From assembly GCA_965249525.1 (NCBI GenBank), contig OZ252237.1, positions 1,316,080-1,380,079 of the forward strand: DNA of 64,000 nucleotides. The letters are read 5' to 3'. The DNA comes from a bacterium (GTDB lineage: Bacteria; SAR324; JACQKK01). This document shows positions 28,654-38,160 of the stretch, piece after piece. The notes below the pieces were generated by a model, which was given only the letters and a program-made list of their open reading frames with translations, was not told the DNA's origin and made no database searches. A program made the position numbers and the translations under genes. Within the stretch, counting starts at the first letter, position 1. Each line of letters starts with the position of its first letter.

Positions 28654-30060
28654 CTAGATGTGGATGGCTTGCCCCCTCACCCCCAAGGCAGCCTCTTTCA
28701 CCGCTTCTGACAGGGTAGGGTGCGCATGCACCGAGCAGGCAATATCTTCCGCATTGGCAGCAAATTCCATCGCCAAGCCTGCCTCAACTATCATGTCTGA
28801 AGCCCGCGGCGCCAAAATCCACAGCCCCAGCAGCTTGTCTGTGGCTGCATCAGCCAGCACTTTCACCATCCCGTCCCGTTCCCCCATAGTACGAGCCCGA
28901 GCATTTGCCATCAACGGATACTTGCCCACTTTGTAAGCATGTCCCTGGCGTTTTAATTCATCTTCGCCCTGCCCCACCCAAGCAATCTCTGGCCAGGTAT
29001 ACACAATCCAAGGAATGGCAGCATAATTTAAATGGTTGACCTTTCCCGCCAAGCCTTCCACCACCGCTATGGCTTCTTCAGAAGCCTTGTGCGCCAGCAT
29101 AGGACCCGCCACCACATCGCCCACCGCATACACCCCCGCAACACTGCTTTGGTAGGACTCATCCACCACAATCCGTCCCTGTTCATCCTGCTTCACCCCC
29201 GCCTCTTTTAACCCCAGCCCTTGGGTACAAGGACGCCGACCCACCGATACCAACATCACATCCCCCTCCAAACGCACTTCCTTCTGGTCTGCCTGCTGCA
29301 CCACAGCAGTCACCCCGCCCTTAGAATGCTCCACCTTTTCCAAACGCGACCCTAAATAAAAAGACATCCCCTGCCGTTTGAATATGCGCTCCGCCTGCCT
29401 GCTGATTTCCTCATCCAGCCCTCCCAACAGCGTGGGCATCATTTCCACCACGCTCACTTTAGCCCCCAATCGCAGCCACACAGAACCCATCTCCAATCCA
29501 ATGGCTCCCCCGCCAATCACCACCAAGTGTTCAGGCACCTTGGTCAAAGCCAGCGCCTGAGTAGAATCAATCACCTGCTTGCCGTCAAATGGCACTGACC
29601 CCAACTCCATAGGCTGGCTGCCGGTTGCCAGCAGCACATGCTTGCATCCCAGTTCCAGGGCTTCCCCCTTTGCCCTTATTACCTTCACCCGTCCTGCCGA
29701 CAACAACTGTCCCCTCCCCTCCAGCCTCTCTATCTTGTTTTTCTTCATCAGCATGTCTATGCCCCGCGTGGTGTCAGTCACCACCTTGTCCTTGCGAGCC
29801 ATCATGGCAGGCAAATCCAGCTTCACTTCTGAGACAGACACTCCGTGAACCGCAATGCCGCTGCGAACCTGGGCGTATAACTCACTGGATTCCAACAGCG
29901 CCTTGCTGGGGATGCAGCCCACATTCAAACAAGTGCCTCCCAGGGTGGAATGTTTTTCCACACAAGCCACCCGCATGCCCAGCTGGGACCCCCGAATGGC
30001 TGCCACATATCCTGCTGGACCCCCGCCAATCACCACCAAATCAAACTGCTGCTGCGACAT
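28654..30060 (-). CDS. lpdA: Dihydrolipoyl dehydrogenase
   Basis: GGGPAGY, GGTCLNVGCIPSK and HAHPTLSE motifs. Confidence 0.97.
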   Translation of the reverse strand: MSQQQFDLVVIGGGPAGYVAAIRGSQLGMRVACVEKHSTLGGTCLNVGCIPSKALLESSELYAQVRSGIAVHGVSVSEVKLDLPAMMARKDKVVTDTTRGIDMLMKKNKIERLEGRGQLLSAGRVKVIRAKGEALELGCKHVLLATGSQPMELGSVPFDGKQVIDSTQALALTKVPEHLVVIGGGAIGLEMGSVWLRLGAKVSVVEMMPTLLGGLDEEISRQAERIFKRQGMSFYLGSRLEKVEHSKGGVTAVVQQADQKEVRLEGDVMLVSVGRRPCTQGLGLKEAGVKQDEQGRIVVDESYQSSVAGVYAVGDVVAGPMLAHKASEEAIAVVEGLAGKVNHLNYAAIPWIVYTWPEIAWVGQGEDELKRQGHAYKVGKYPLMANARARTMGERDGMVKVLADAATDKLLGLWILAPRASDMIVEAGLAMEFAANAEDIACSVHAHPTLSEAVKEAALGVRGQAIHI

Positions 30061-30187
30061 CTACACGCTACCTAGCTAAAAACATTTTCTTAAAAGCCCA
30101 CACTGTCCTTAAAATACCCCCTCCAACTGATATTCTGGCCTGACATCTTTGCATGGTATTCTTATTTGGCACCTTTATTTGGCATCT

Positions 30188-31867
30188 TTATTTGGCTTGA
30201 ATGCGATCAAACCACCAATAGTCGGTCCCCACGGCGTAATTGTACCAAAGTTTTTCCTGCTGTAATTTGGCATTAAAACTCAGCAGCTGGCGGTCAGATT
30301 CCACCAGGAAAGCATAAGGCTGGTCTTTGTCTATCAGTTCGTGGATGCTGCGGTAAAGCCGAATACGCTCCTGCCTGCCAATAGAACGGATGCTGCGTTC
30401 AATCAGCTTGTCCACCGCAGGATTCTTGTAGCGCACCACATTTAGCCCGCCTGCCACAGCACTTTTGGAGTGCCACAAGGCGGTGGGATCGGGCCAGGAG
30501 GTGCGAGACCATCCCAGCATGACAGCATCGTAGTTGTACTCGTCAATCAGCTTGGTGAGTGTGGACCACTCCACCACCTTGATACGCATTTCAACACCAG
30601 CCTTGCGCATGTTGGCTTGGGTAAAGGTGAGAATCTTGACAGAATCGTCGGGGTCAGCGGTCAACACGGTAAAGCGAAAGGCACCACTTTTGTCCAACAA
30701 GCCGTCATTGTTGGTGTCTTTCCAGCCAGCAGCTTTTAGCAGGGCGATGGCTTTAGGAATAGAGAAATCCAGCGGCTTCACCTTGGGCGAAGAATAAGAT
30801 GAATTAGCCTCAAATGGTCCCACCGCAGGCGTACGCAAGTTAAAGAAGAACTTTTGGATAATGGTTTTCCGATCAAACAAATGCGACATCGCCTGGCGTA
30901 CACGACGGTCATTGAACAAGGGCGATTCCAAATTCCAGCCCACATAGCTGTACGAGCGCGGCTGTTTGTTGCGAATATCCAGCTTTATGAAAGATTTTTT
31001 GGGCTGACGCCCCAGTCCAAAACGCGAGTCTTGGGTTTCACGCACCCATTGACGCGCAGTAAGCGAAAGGGTGTCCAACTCCCCTTTTTTGAAGGTTTCC
31101 AAAGCCACCTTGTCATTCAAAATCACCTTTACCAGCGAATGCTTGGGATTAAACCGCCCCTTGTTTTGCCTCAAACCCCACCCCCAATAATCCTGGCGCC
31201 GTTCCAGCAGCAAACTCTGTCCTTTGCGGTGTCGCACCAGCCGATAGGCTCCACTGCCCATCGGCTGCTTGGCCAGCTTGGTCTTGTTGGGATCATTAGG
31301 GTCAAATTGATGACGCGGCAAAATCCGCATCAAGCCAATGTTCACTAGGTTGCGAAAATGGTCGCGACTCACCCGAAAACGCACCGTGCGTGAATCCAAC
31401 ACTTCTGCACTTTCTATCTGCGAATAGTATGCCTGCCATTTGGCGCGGGTCTTTAACTTGGGATGCAGCCGCACATCCAGACTGAATTTCACATCTTCTG
31501 CGGTAACCGACTTGCCGTCTGCCCATTTGGCCTGCGGATTCAAATAAAAAGTGTAGGTGCGCTTGTCCTTAGAAACCTGCCAGCGTTTTGCCAGCAAGGG
31601 AATAAATTCCAAGTTGTTATAATTCACCTCCACCAAACTCTCATAGATCCTGTCCAGCACATTGTTGCCATAAGCATCTGAAGCATTTAACGGATGCAAG
31701 GACTCCGGCGCAACAGGAAACCGCCCCCTGTTCAACCCTCCCTGCTGGGCACGCTCGCTGCCTTGCATCACCCTGGCTTGTGACCAAGCAGCCGAATCCC
31801 ATAAAACCACCCCCGCCAATACCCCCAGAACAACTGCTGCCTGTTTATATCTGTTTTGCAAATGCAT
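30188..31867 (-). CDS. ABC transporter peptide-binding protein (SBP family 5)
   Basis: Signal peptide; PLLAKRW, WADGKSVTAEDVKFS, GSGAY and DRRVRQAMS motifs. Confidence 0.92.
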   Translation of the reverse strand: MHLQNRYKQAAVVLGVLAGVVLWDSAAWSQARVMQGSERAQQGGLNRGRFPVAPESLHPLNASDAYGNNVLDRIYESLVEVNYNNLEFIPLLAKRWQVSKDKRTYTFYLNPQAKWADGKSVTAEDVKFSLDVRLHPKLKTRAKWQAYYSQIESAEVLDSRTVRFRVSRDHFRNLVNIGLMRILPRHQFDPNDPNKTKLAKQPMGSGAYRLVRHRKGQSLLLERRQDYWGWGLRQNKGRFNPKHSLVKVILNDKVALETFKKGELDTLSLTARQWVRETQDSRFGLGRQPKKSFIKLDIRNKQPRSYSYVGWNLESPLFNDRRVRQAMSHLFDRKTIIQKFFFNLRTPAVGPFEANSSYSSPKVKPLDFSIPKAIALLKAAGWKDTNNDGLLDKSGAFRFTVLTADPDDSVKILTFTQANMRKAGVEMRIKVVEWSTLTKLIDEYNYDAVMLGWSRTSWPDPTALWHSKSAVAGGLNVVRYKNPAVDKLIERSIRSIGRQERIRLYRSIHELIDKDQPYAFLVESDRQLLSFNAKLQQEKLWYNYAVGTDYWWFDRIQAK

Positions 31868-32066
31868 ACGAGCTAGCCTTCCATACAACCAAAACCAAAG
31901 CTGGGAATATCCTCAATCAATTGCTCCAAAACTTGCCCATCAGCGGTAAAGACCGCAACAACACAAAAATCAACACTGCTGATTCGCCAAGTATGATGAA
32001 AATGAGTATAGTCTAAAGAAACTCTCATAAGCAAAACTTTCCTTACCTTCCTCTTAAAAAACCCAC

Positions 32067-32585
32067 TTGCTGATGAACCACCCTGACGACACTCCCAAAA
32101 TCAACCAGCCCTCACTCATTCCTAATGACCACCAAGCCCCTGCTGCCTCCAGCACCACCCCCCATGCTTCACCCCATCCCCCAGACCCTTCCACCTTTAA
32201 TCAAGCACCTGCCGCCACAACCCAAGACACTCCCAGCCTAACCGCCGCCACCCAAAACGCCACAGCCCAAAACGCCACAGCCCAAAACGCCACAGCCCAA
32301 AACGCCACAGCCCAAAACGCCACAGCCCAAGACACTCCCAGCCTAACCGCCGCCACCCAAAACGCCACAGCCCAACCCGTAGCCGAACCCCAGCAAGAGA
32401 TGATCCCTGAACCCTTGGAACTAGTACTCAACTCAACAGACAGCTGGTGTATTCATCCTAACGGAGAGCGACAATCCCTCTCTCTGGATGAATGGAAAGC
32501 CAACTTGCATCGCTTGATTACAGCTAGGACAGATGCGAAATCCGAAGCCGTGAAAGATACCCAACCAACATCAGAGGAGGAATAG
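32067..32585 (+). CDS. Hypothetical low-complexity protein ((QNATA)n repeats)
   Basis: Open frame across the 15/30-bp repeats; short globular-looking C-terminus. Confidence 0.5.
   Translation: MLMNHPDDTPKINQPSLIPNDHQAPAASSTTPHASPHPPDPSTFNQAPAATTQDTPSLTAATQNATAQNATAQNATAQNATAQNATAQDTPSLTAATQNATAQPVAEPQQEMIPEPLELVLNSTDSWCIHPNGERQSLSLDEWKANLHRLITARTDAKSEAVKDTQPTSEEE
32221..32375 (+). repeat. Nested in-frame repeats: 15-bp CCCAAAACGCCACAG x6 with two 30-bp flanking copies
   Basis: Direct reading. Confidence 0.92.
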
Positions 32586-32657
32586 CCTCATTCCCGTGGC
32601 AGAGGCAGTCTATCCTTTGTATGTTTGCTCACATATTCTTATAACCCACAGCACCCC

Positions 32658-32882
32658 ATGACCAAGCGGCGACGCGGATTTATTTGTCACAATTGTCAAG
32701 TGCAGCTAACCAAATGGATGGGACATTGTCCCCACTGTGGTGCCTGGAATCAGGTGCGAGACAACTTAAAGGGACTGGGAGACAATGTCATCTCTCTCCA
32801 CGACGCCCTACGCTCCTCTGCAAATCCAGTGAAGCCCCCGCAGCCACCATCCCACCGCCGAGGGCAGCCCCAAGATAATTGA
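32658..32882 (+). CDS. Small protein consisting of a RadA-type C4 zinc finger
   Basis: FICHNC....KWMGHCPHCGAWN matches the RadA/Sms N-terminal motif; no ATPase domain follows. Confidence 0.7.
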   Translation: MTKRRRGFICHNCQVQLTKWMGHCPHCGAWNQVRDNLKGLGDNVISLHDALRSSANPVKPPQPPSHRRGQPQDN

Positions 32883-32926
32883 GATGGCTAACTGAGATGG
32901 CTAACTGAGATGGTTAACTGAGATGC
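32878..32926. repeat. 13-bp tandem repeat x4 (TAACTGAGATGGC-like)
   Basis: Direct reading; overlaps the zinc-finger ORF stop. Confidence 0.85.
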
Positions 32927-32996
32927 TTGGCAGCCCCACAAGGTGTCAAGCACTCTATGGAAAAACAGCTTCGCTTGAGCAAAACCACCACGGCTG

Positions 32997-33368
32997 TTAA
33001 GACTCAATAAAAGTCTGATAGGCTGCTGCATCCATGAAGTCACCCTCCACACTTTCTGCTTTAAGGCGAAAGATCCAGCCGTCTTGATAGGGGCTGGAAT
33101 TGATGCGGTCAGGTGTGTCTTCCAACGCCTGGTTAACCTCTACCACCTCACCTGCAACAGGAGCATATACATCAGCCACAGACTTGACCGATTCCAATAC
33201 AGCAGCCGAGTCACCCACATTCACTTTGCGTCCCACTTCTGGCAATTCTACAAAAACCACCTCAGTGAGTTGATCTTGCGCATAATCGGTAATGCCTACG
33301 GTAACGGTGCCGTTGTCTGATTTAATCCATTCGTGTGCTTTGGTGTATTTGAGATCTTCAGGAATCAT
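32997..33368 (-). CDS. gcvH: Glycine cleavage system H protein
   Basis: HEW, GITDYAQ, ESVKSVAD lipoyl-lysine motif, N.SPY..GW. Confidence 0.97.
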   Translation of the reverse strand: MIPEDLKYTKAHEWIKSDNGTVTVGITDYAQDQLTEVVFVELPEVGRKVNVGDSAAVLESVKSVADVYAPVAGEVVEVNQALEDTPDRINSSPYQDGWIFRLKAESVEGDFMDAAAYQTFIES

Positions 33369-33742
33369 GGATAATCTCCAATAAGGGATGGGATATGATG
33401 AATAATACTACCACATGGCAGCAGGTGAACAAGAAGAATGGTTGTGATACAGGAAAGTTGACAATGCCAAAAAGCCTATATTCTTTTGAATAACAAGCGA
33501 CACCCGTGTTGGCGTTTCTCTCAAAGTTCTATGCCCAACGTAAAACATTTGCTCCTTTACCATGATAATCATCCGCTGCCCTGTTTGATTAATTCGCATT
33601 TAAACTTATACCTAAAATATTTTGCTGTGGAGTTGATGTTTTATGAGGGGGAGCAAGCATTTTACATCATTGATTAAGCGGCTTGCTTGATTCTGGTTTA
33701 TTGATTCTCATAGCAAGTATCGGTTGAAGGTGATTGTTATTA

Positions 33743-34360
33743 TTACATTTCTTTCCAAAAAGTTTCCCATCTGCTGTACGGCGTATATTCAAATCCTTGC
33801 TTTACCCAGTTAACACGCAGTGAGATAGTTTCCTTGTGTCCACTTAATAATTTGATGGCTTTACTACTAGCTTCGATTCCTCTATTGTTTGTATTTCTAC
33901 TTGAACTAAGATATTTGAATCGTCCTATACTTAGAAATACATATTTTTGAACTTCCAAAGGAATATAAAATACACTTTCCTTGTCTTCATCCCACCATAT
34001 GCGAGTCAACAACATATCGCAACTGGGGGTGTATTTGGTGTGAATCTCATCATCAACGCTATTGTTGTCAACAGTCCAAACCATTTTTACTCCCCCGTTT
34101 CTAGTGACCGTTTTAATAGATAATTCTTTCCCGCAAACAACTATATCGTATCCCTTTTTAACGCCTCCATCTGGTATCACTACATTGTCCCTGCCAAATT
34201 CGCATACAAAAAATCCCGTAATGGCGTGTTCTCTTAAAAAACCAACAGCAGGATTATTGGGCATTTCGATTCCTGCTTTTTCAAATGCTATTGGCAATCC
34301 AGTTATTAGTTTCTGGCGTTTGCCTGGGTCAGCAAACAAATCTACTATATGCTGATTCAT
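33743..34360 (-). CDS. Type II restriction endonuclease, ThaI-like family
   Basis: VG..RE, D-I..SIKT PD-(D/E)xK-type core, GVKMVWTVD and N.RGIE motifs; ATGA overlap with the upstream MTase; AT-rich. Confidence 0.75.
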   Translation of the reverse strand: MNQHIVDLFADPGKRQKLITGLPIAFEKAGIEMPNNPAVGFLREHAITGFFVCEFGRDNVVIPDGGVKKGYDIVVCGKELSIKTVTRNGGVKMVWTVDNNSVDDEIHTKYTPSCDMLLTRIWWDEDKESVFYIPLEVQKYVFLSIGRFKYLSSSRNTNNRGIEASSKAIKLLSGHKETISLRVNWVKQGFEYTPYSRWETFWKEM

Positions 34361-35241
34361 TTTGAACCCCTCAGCCGTGCATGAGATATTTGGATATATT
34401 CCTTTGATATTTCATAACCAATGTAATGGCGCCCTGCCTGCTTAGCTGCCAAAGCAGTTGTTCCGCTGCCCATAAACGGGTCAAGCACAATGTCATCCGT
34501 GTAGGTATATAACTGAATAAATCGAGCAGGCAATTCAAGTGGATACGGAGCAGGGTGCTTTACCTTCTTGGCTGATTCAGCGTGAAAAGTCCAGATGCTT
34601 TTGGTGTATTCCAAAAACTGATCTTTATTAATTGTCGCCTTATTCCCGTTTGTTGGAGGCATATCAAAGCTTTCTTTACAGAAAACCATGATGTATTCAT
34701 GGACATCTCGCAGCACGGGGTTGGATGGGGACATCCAACTTCCCCAAGCACAAGAACTGCCTGCACTGGCAGCTTTATTCCAAATAATCTCGCCCCGCAT
34801 CTGGAAACCAAGATCCAGCATATCGCTGGTGATAATGGCGTTTAGCGGTAAATACGGCTTGCGACCAAGATTCGCCACATTAATACAAACACGTCCACCA
34901 TCAACCAACACACGAAAAACTTCGCTCCACGCCCTGCAAAGCATGTCGCGATATTCCCCAGCAGTTAAATTGTTGTCATACTCTTTACCCACATTGTAAG
35001 GCGGAGAGGTAACCATTAAATGAACACTGTTGTCGGGCAGCTGGCTCATTGACTCGCAAGATTGTGCGTATATTTTATCAAGATCAGCTGCCGGTATCTT
35101 GTTTGTCGGCGACTCCCCTTTTTTCTTTACTTTTGACCGCACTTCATCATAAATCTTGCGACTATAAAACCCAGTTGAGTCATGCCCTATTCGGCTGCCA
35201 ACACCGAATGACCTCATGGTAGTGCGTGGTGTTGAACTCAT
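34357..35241 (-). CDS. Site-specific DNA methyltransferase (beta class, probably N4-cytosine)
   Basis: Motif IV TSPPY precedes HPAPYP and motif I DPFMGSGTT. Confidence 0.93.
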   Translation of the reverse strand: MSSTPRTTMRSFGVGSRIGHDSTGFYSRKIYDEVRSKVKKKGESPTNKIPAADLDKIYAQSCESMSQLPDNSVHLMVTSPPYNVGKEYDNNLTAGEYRDMLCRAWSEVFRVLVDGGRVCINVANLGRKPYLPLNAIITSDMLDLGFQMRGEIIWNKAASAGSSCAWGSWMSPSNPVLRDVHEYIMVFCKESFDMPPTNGNKATINKDQFLEYTKSIWTFHAESAKKVKHPAPYPLELPARFIQLYTYTDDIVLDPFMGSGTTALAAKQAGRHYIGYEISKEYIQISHARLRGSK

Positions 35242-35404
35242 GGTGCATCACCCATTAATTTGTCAAAGGTGGTTGTTTTGCCTTGCATTGAAGTATCTCC
35301 GACACAATTTACACCCATACCGTTCAAGATATTTTTCCTGCTGGGTAATGCTCTATTGTATGTATTCTTGAGAAAAATGGTTGTGATGGCAGCCCATCAG
35401 GTCA

Positions 35405-36634
35405 CTAGATGGCACGAAACAATAAGGTGGCATTGGTGCCTCCAAAACCAAAAGAGTTGCTCATGGCGACCTTGATATCACGCTCTTTGGCTTCATTGGG
35501 GGTGACATCCAGGTCACAGGCGGGGTCTAATTCATCAATGTTAATGGTGGGGTGCACCACGCCTGCTTTCATGCATTGAATGGTGGCCACAGCTTCTATT
35601 GCACCTGATGCACCCAGCAGATGCCCCACCATAGATTTGGTAGAAGAGATGTTGATATTTTTGGCATGGTCGCCCAGTACCATTTTTAATGCGTTGAGTT
35701 CATTCAGATCTCCCAGGGGTGTGGATGTGCCATGGGCATTGATATAGTCTATTTTTTCCACATTGACCTGGGCATCTTTCATAGCAGATTTCATGCTGCG
35801 GGCAGGACCTTCTGTACTGGGAGCAGTGATATGATGGGCATCTGAACTGTAACCGTAGCCAATGAGTTCACAATAGATTTTGGCACCGCGCTTGCGGGCA
35901 TGTTGGTATTCTTCTAGTACCAGAATGCCTGCACCTTCGCCCATGACAAAGCCGTCGCGGCTGATATCATAGGGACGAGAGGCGCGCTGGGGGTCATCAT
36001 TACGGGTGGAAAGGGCTTTCATGGCAGCAAATCCGCTTATTCCCAGCGGGGTGATAGGAGCTTCTGTGCCGCCGGTGAGCATCACGTCTGCATCGCCTCG
36101 CTGCAAGATGCGCAAACCATCGCCGATGGAGTGATTAGAAGACGCACAAGCAGAGGTGGTGCAAGCCGAATAATTGCGGCAATTAAACCGCATAGACACC
36201 TGCCCAGCTGCCATGTTGGGAATAATCATGGGAATAAGAAATGGAGTGACCTTGCGGGGACCACGTTTTAGCAGTATTTCATGATTTTTCTCAATGCTGG
36301 TCAGTCCTCCAATGCCAATCCCCAAGGACACCCCCGTGCGCTCAGCCAACTCACCTTCTAGCAGCAAATTGCTGTCGTTTATGGCTTCCTGAGCGGCTAC
36401 CAGCCCATAATGAATGAATAAATCCATCTTGCGCATCTCGGTTTTATCCAGCACTACACCAGCATCAAAACCTTTCAATTCCGCAGCCACCTGACAGCGA
36501 TATTCAGATGCATCAAACCTTGAAATCTTCTCCGTCCCAGAACGACCCTCTCTCAATGCCTCCCAAGTACTTTGCACATCATTGCCTACAGGACTAACAC
36601 AGCCCAAGCCGGTAACTACAACCCGCCTGTTCAT
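35405..36634 (-). CDS. fabF: Beta-ketoacyl-ACP synthase II
   Basis: SACAS, NAHGTST, GHLLGA and SNSFGFGG motifs. Confidence 0.97.
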   Translation of the reverse strand: MNRRVVVTGLGCVSPVGNDVQSTWEALREGRSGTEKISRFDASEYRCQVAAELKGFDAGVVLDKTEMRKMDLFIHYGLVAAQEAINDSNLLLEGELAERTGVSLGIGIGGLTSIEKNHEILLKRGPRKVTPFLIPMIIPNMAAGQVSMRFNCRNYSACTTSACASSNHSIGDGLRILQRGDADVMLTGGTEAPITPLGISGFAAMKALSTRNDDPQRASRPYDISRDGFVMGEGAGILVLEEYQHARKRGAKIYCELIGYGYSSDAHHITAPSTEGPARSMKSAMKDAQVNVEKIDYINAHGTSTPLGDLNELNALKMVLGDHAKNINISSTKSMVGHLLGASGAIEAVATIQCMKAGVVHPTINIDELDPACDLDVTPNEAKERDIKVAMSNSFGFGGTNATLLFRAI

Positions 36635-36722
36635 GGCTTATCTCCTACTTTGGTAAACAATATTCAAGACGCACGACAACCATGCCATTGCCAGTACCTG
36701 CAGCAGCGGTATCGTTTTAGCC

Positions 36723-36962
36723 CTATTTACTACTTTTTGAAACGTAATCAACAGCAGATTGTACAGTGTTGATTTTTTCAGCTTCTTCATCAGGAATTTC
36801 AATGCCGAATTCTTCTTCCATAGCCATCACCAATTCCACAGTATCTAGAGAATCAGCCCCCAAGTCATTGACAAAATGGGACTCGGGTTTAATTTCGGAT
36901 TCTTCAATCCCTAACTGTTCAGCAATAATAGTTCTTACCTTGTCAGGAACAGCAACATTCAT
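36723..36962 (-). CDS. acpP: Acyl carrier protein
   Basis: [14 protein letters not shown] phosphopantetheine motif. Confidence 0.98.
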   Translation of the reverse strand: MNVAVPDKVRTIIAEQLGIEESEIKPESHFVNDLGADSLDTVELVMAMEEEFGIEIPDEEAEKINTVQSAVDYVSKSSK

Positions 36963-37055
36963 AAATTCTCTCCAACAGTATGATTAGAAAGTTTCTCTTA
37001 ACCGCACAGACATGCCCAAAATGGACACTCCTGCTTCAGCGGAGTCTTGCTAGGG

Positions 37056-37083
37056 TTTATATTATGCAGCCGATAAAAGTCAA
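37056..37083 (-). promoter_or_regulatory. Putative sigma70 promoter for acpP-fabF
   Basis: Minus strand TTGACT-N16-TATAAA about 95 bp upstream of acpP. Confidence 0.45.
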
Positions 37084-37118
37084 CTACCTTTTTCAAATTT
37101 ACCCAACACCTTCAAAGG

Positions 37119-37856
37119 CTAAAACATACCACCATTCACATGCAATACCTCACCAGTAATATAACTGGCATCTTCACTTGCCAAAAAACGCACCACACGC
37201 GCCACCTCTTCTGCCTGACCAATGCGCCCCAAAGGAATGCTCGCCAGCAGATGGCTGCGCTGCTTCTCTTCCAGTACTTCCGTCATAGCAGTTTCAATAA
37301 AGCCAGGCGCCACTGTATTGCAAGTGATGCCACGCGACCCTAACTCCTTGGCTACAGATTTCGTCAGTCCCACCAAAGCAGCCTTGGTACTGGCATAGTT
37401 TGCCTGACCAGCATTGCCCGTACTCCCCAACACCGAACCAATGTTCACAATCCGCCCCCAACGCTGCCGCACCATTTGCTTCACCACCCCACGAATGGCA
37501 TAAAAACTCCCATCCAAATTCACCCGCATCACCTCTCGCCAGTCACTCACGCTCATGCGCAGCAACAAACCATCCTTGGTTAATCCCGCATTGTTGACCA
37601 AAATATCCACCCGTCCCCAAGTTTTAATCACCTGCTCAATAAATTTTTGCATCTGTTCCGCATCCCCCACATCCGCCTCCACAGCCAAACACTTGCGCCC
37701 CAGTGCTTCAATCTCCCCCTTTACCCCAGCCCTTGCCTCTGCATTGCGGTTGCAAAAAGCCACATCCGCCCCACAACCACCCAACTCCAACGCTATGGCA
37801 CGACCAATCCCACGACCAGCACCCGTTACTATCGCTACTTTTCCCGCTAATTCCAT
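37119..37856 (-). CDS. fabG: 3-oxoacyl-ACP reductase
   Basis: TGAGRGIG, NNAG, YASTK and PGFIET motifs; in fab cluster. Confidence 0.96.
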   Translation of the reverse strand: MELAGKVAIVTGAGRGIGRAIALELGGCGADVAFCNRNAEARAGVKGEIEALGRKCLAVEADVGDAEQMQKFIEQVIKTWGRVDILVNNAGLTKDGLLLRMSVSDWREVMRVNLDGSFYAIRGVVKQMVRQRWGRIVNIGSVLGSTGNAGQANYASTKAALVGLTKSVAKELGSRGITCNTVAPGFIETAMTEVLEEKQRSHLLASIPLGRIGQAEEVARVVRFLASEDASYITGEVLHVNGGMF

Positions 37857-37929
37857 CTTTCCCTGCTGTCTTTCCCTGCTGTCTTTCCCTGCCGTTTGCT
37901 GCCAATAGACTGCTGGTTATTCACAAGAC

Positions 37930-38066
37930 TGCTTGTATCCGCAGTGCTTTATGCTTGTTATCCGCAGTGCCTTATGCTTGTTATCCGCAGTGCCTTATGC
38001 TTGTTATCCGCAGTGCCTTATGCTTGTTATCCGCAGTGCCTTATGCTTGTTATCCGCAGTGCTTTA
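37930..38066. repeat. 23-bp tandem repeat x6 (TGCTTGTTATCCGCAGTGCCTTA)
   Basis: Direct reading; first copy has a 1-nt deletion. Confidence 0.97.
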
Positions 38067-38160
38067 TGAAGTGCCTTATAAGATGCTCTCTTGCTTTATC
38101 TCATATTTGCAGCACCAATGCACCCTGCGCTTGCACGAAATAAGCACCCACCCCCATCCT

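Noticed and set aside
33408-33677. Short ORFs between gcvH and the ThaI-like gene
   Set aside because: 63-aa ORFs in AT-rich DNA with no recognisable motif; cannot be supported as genes or a controller protein.
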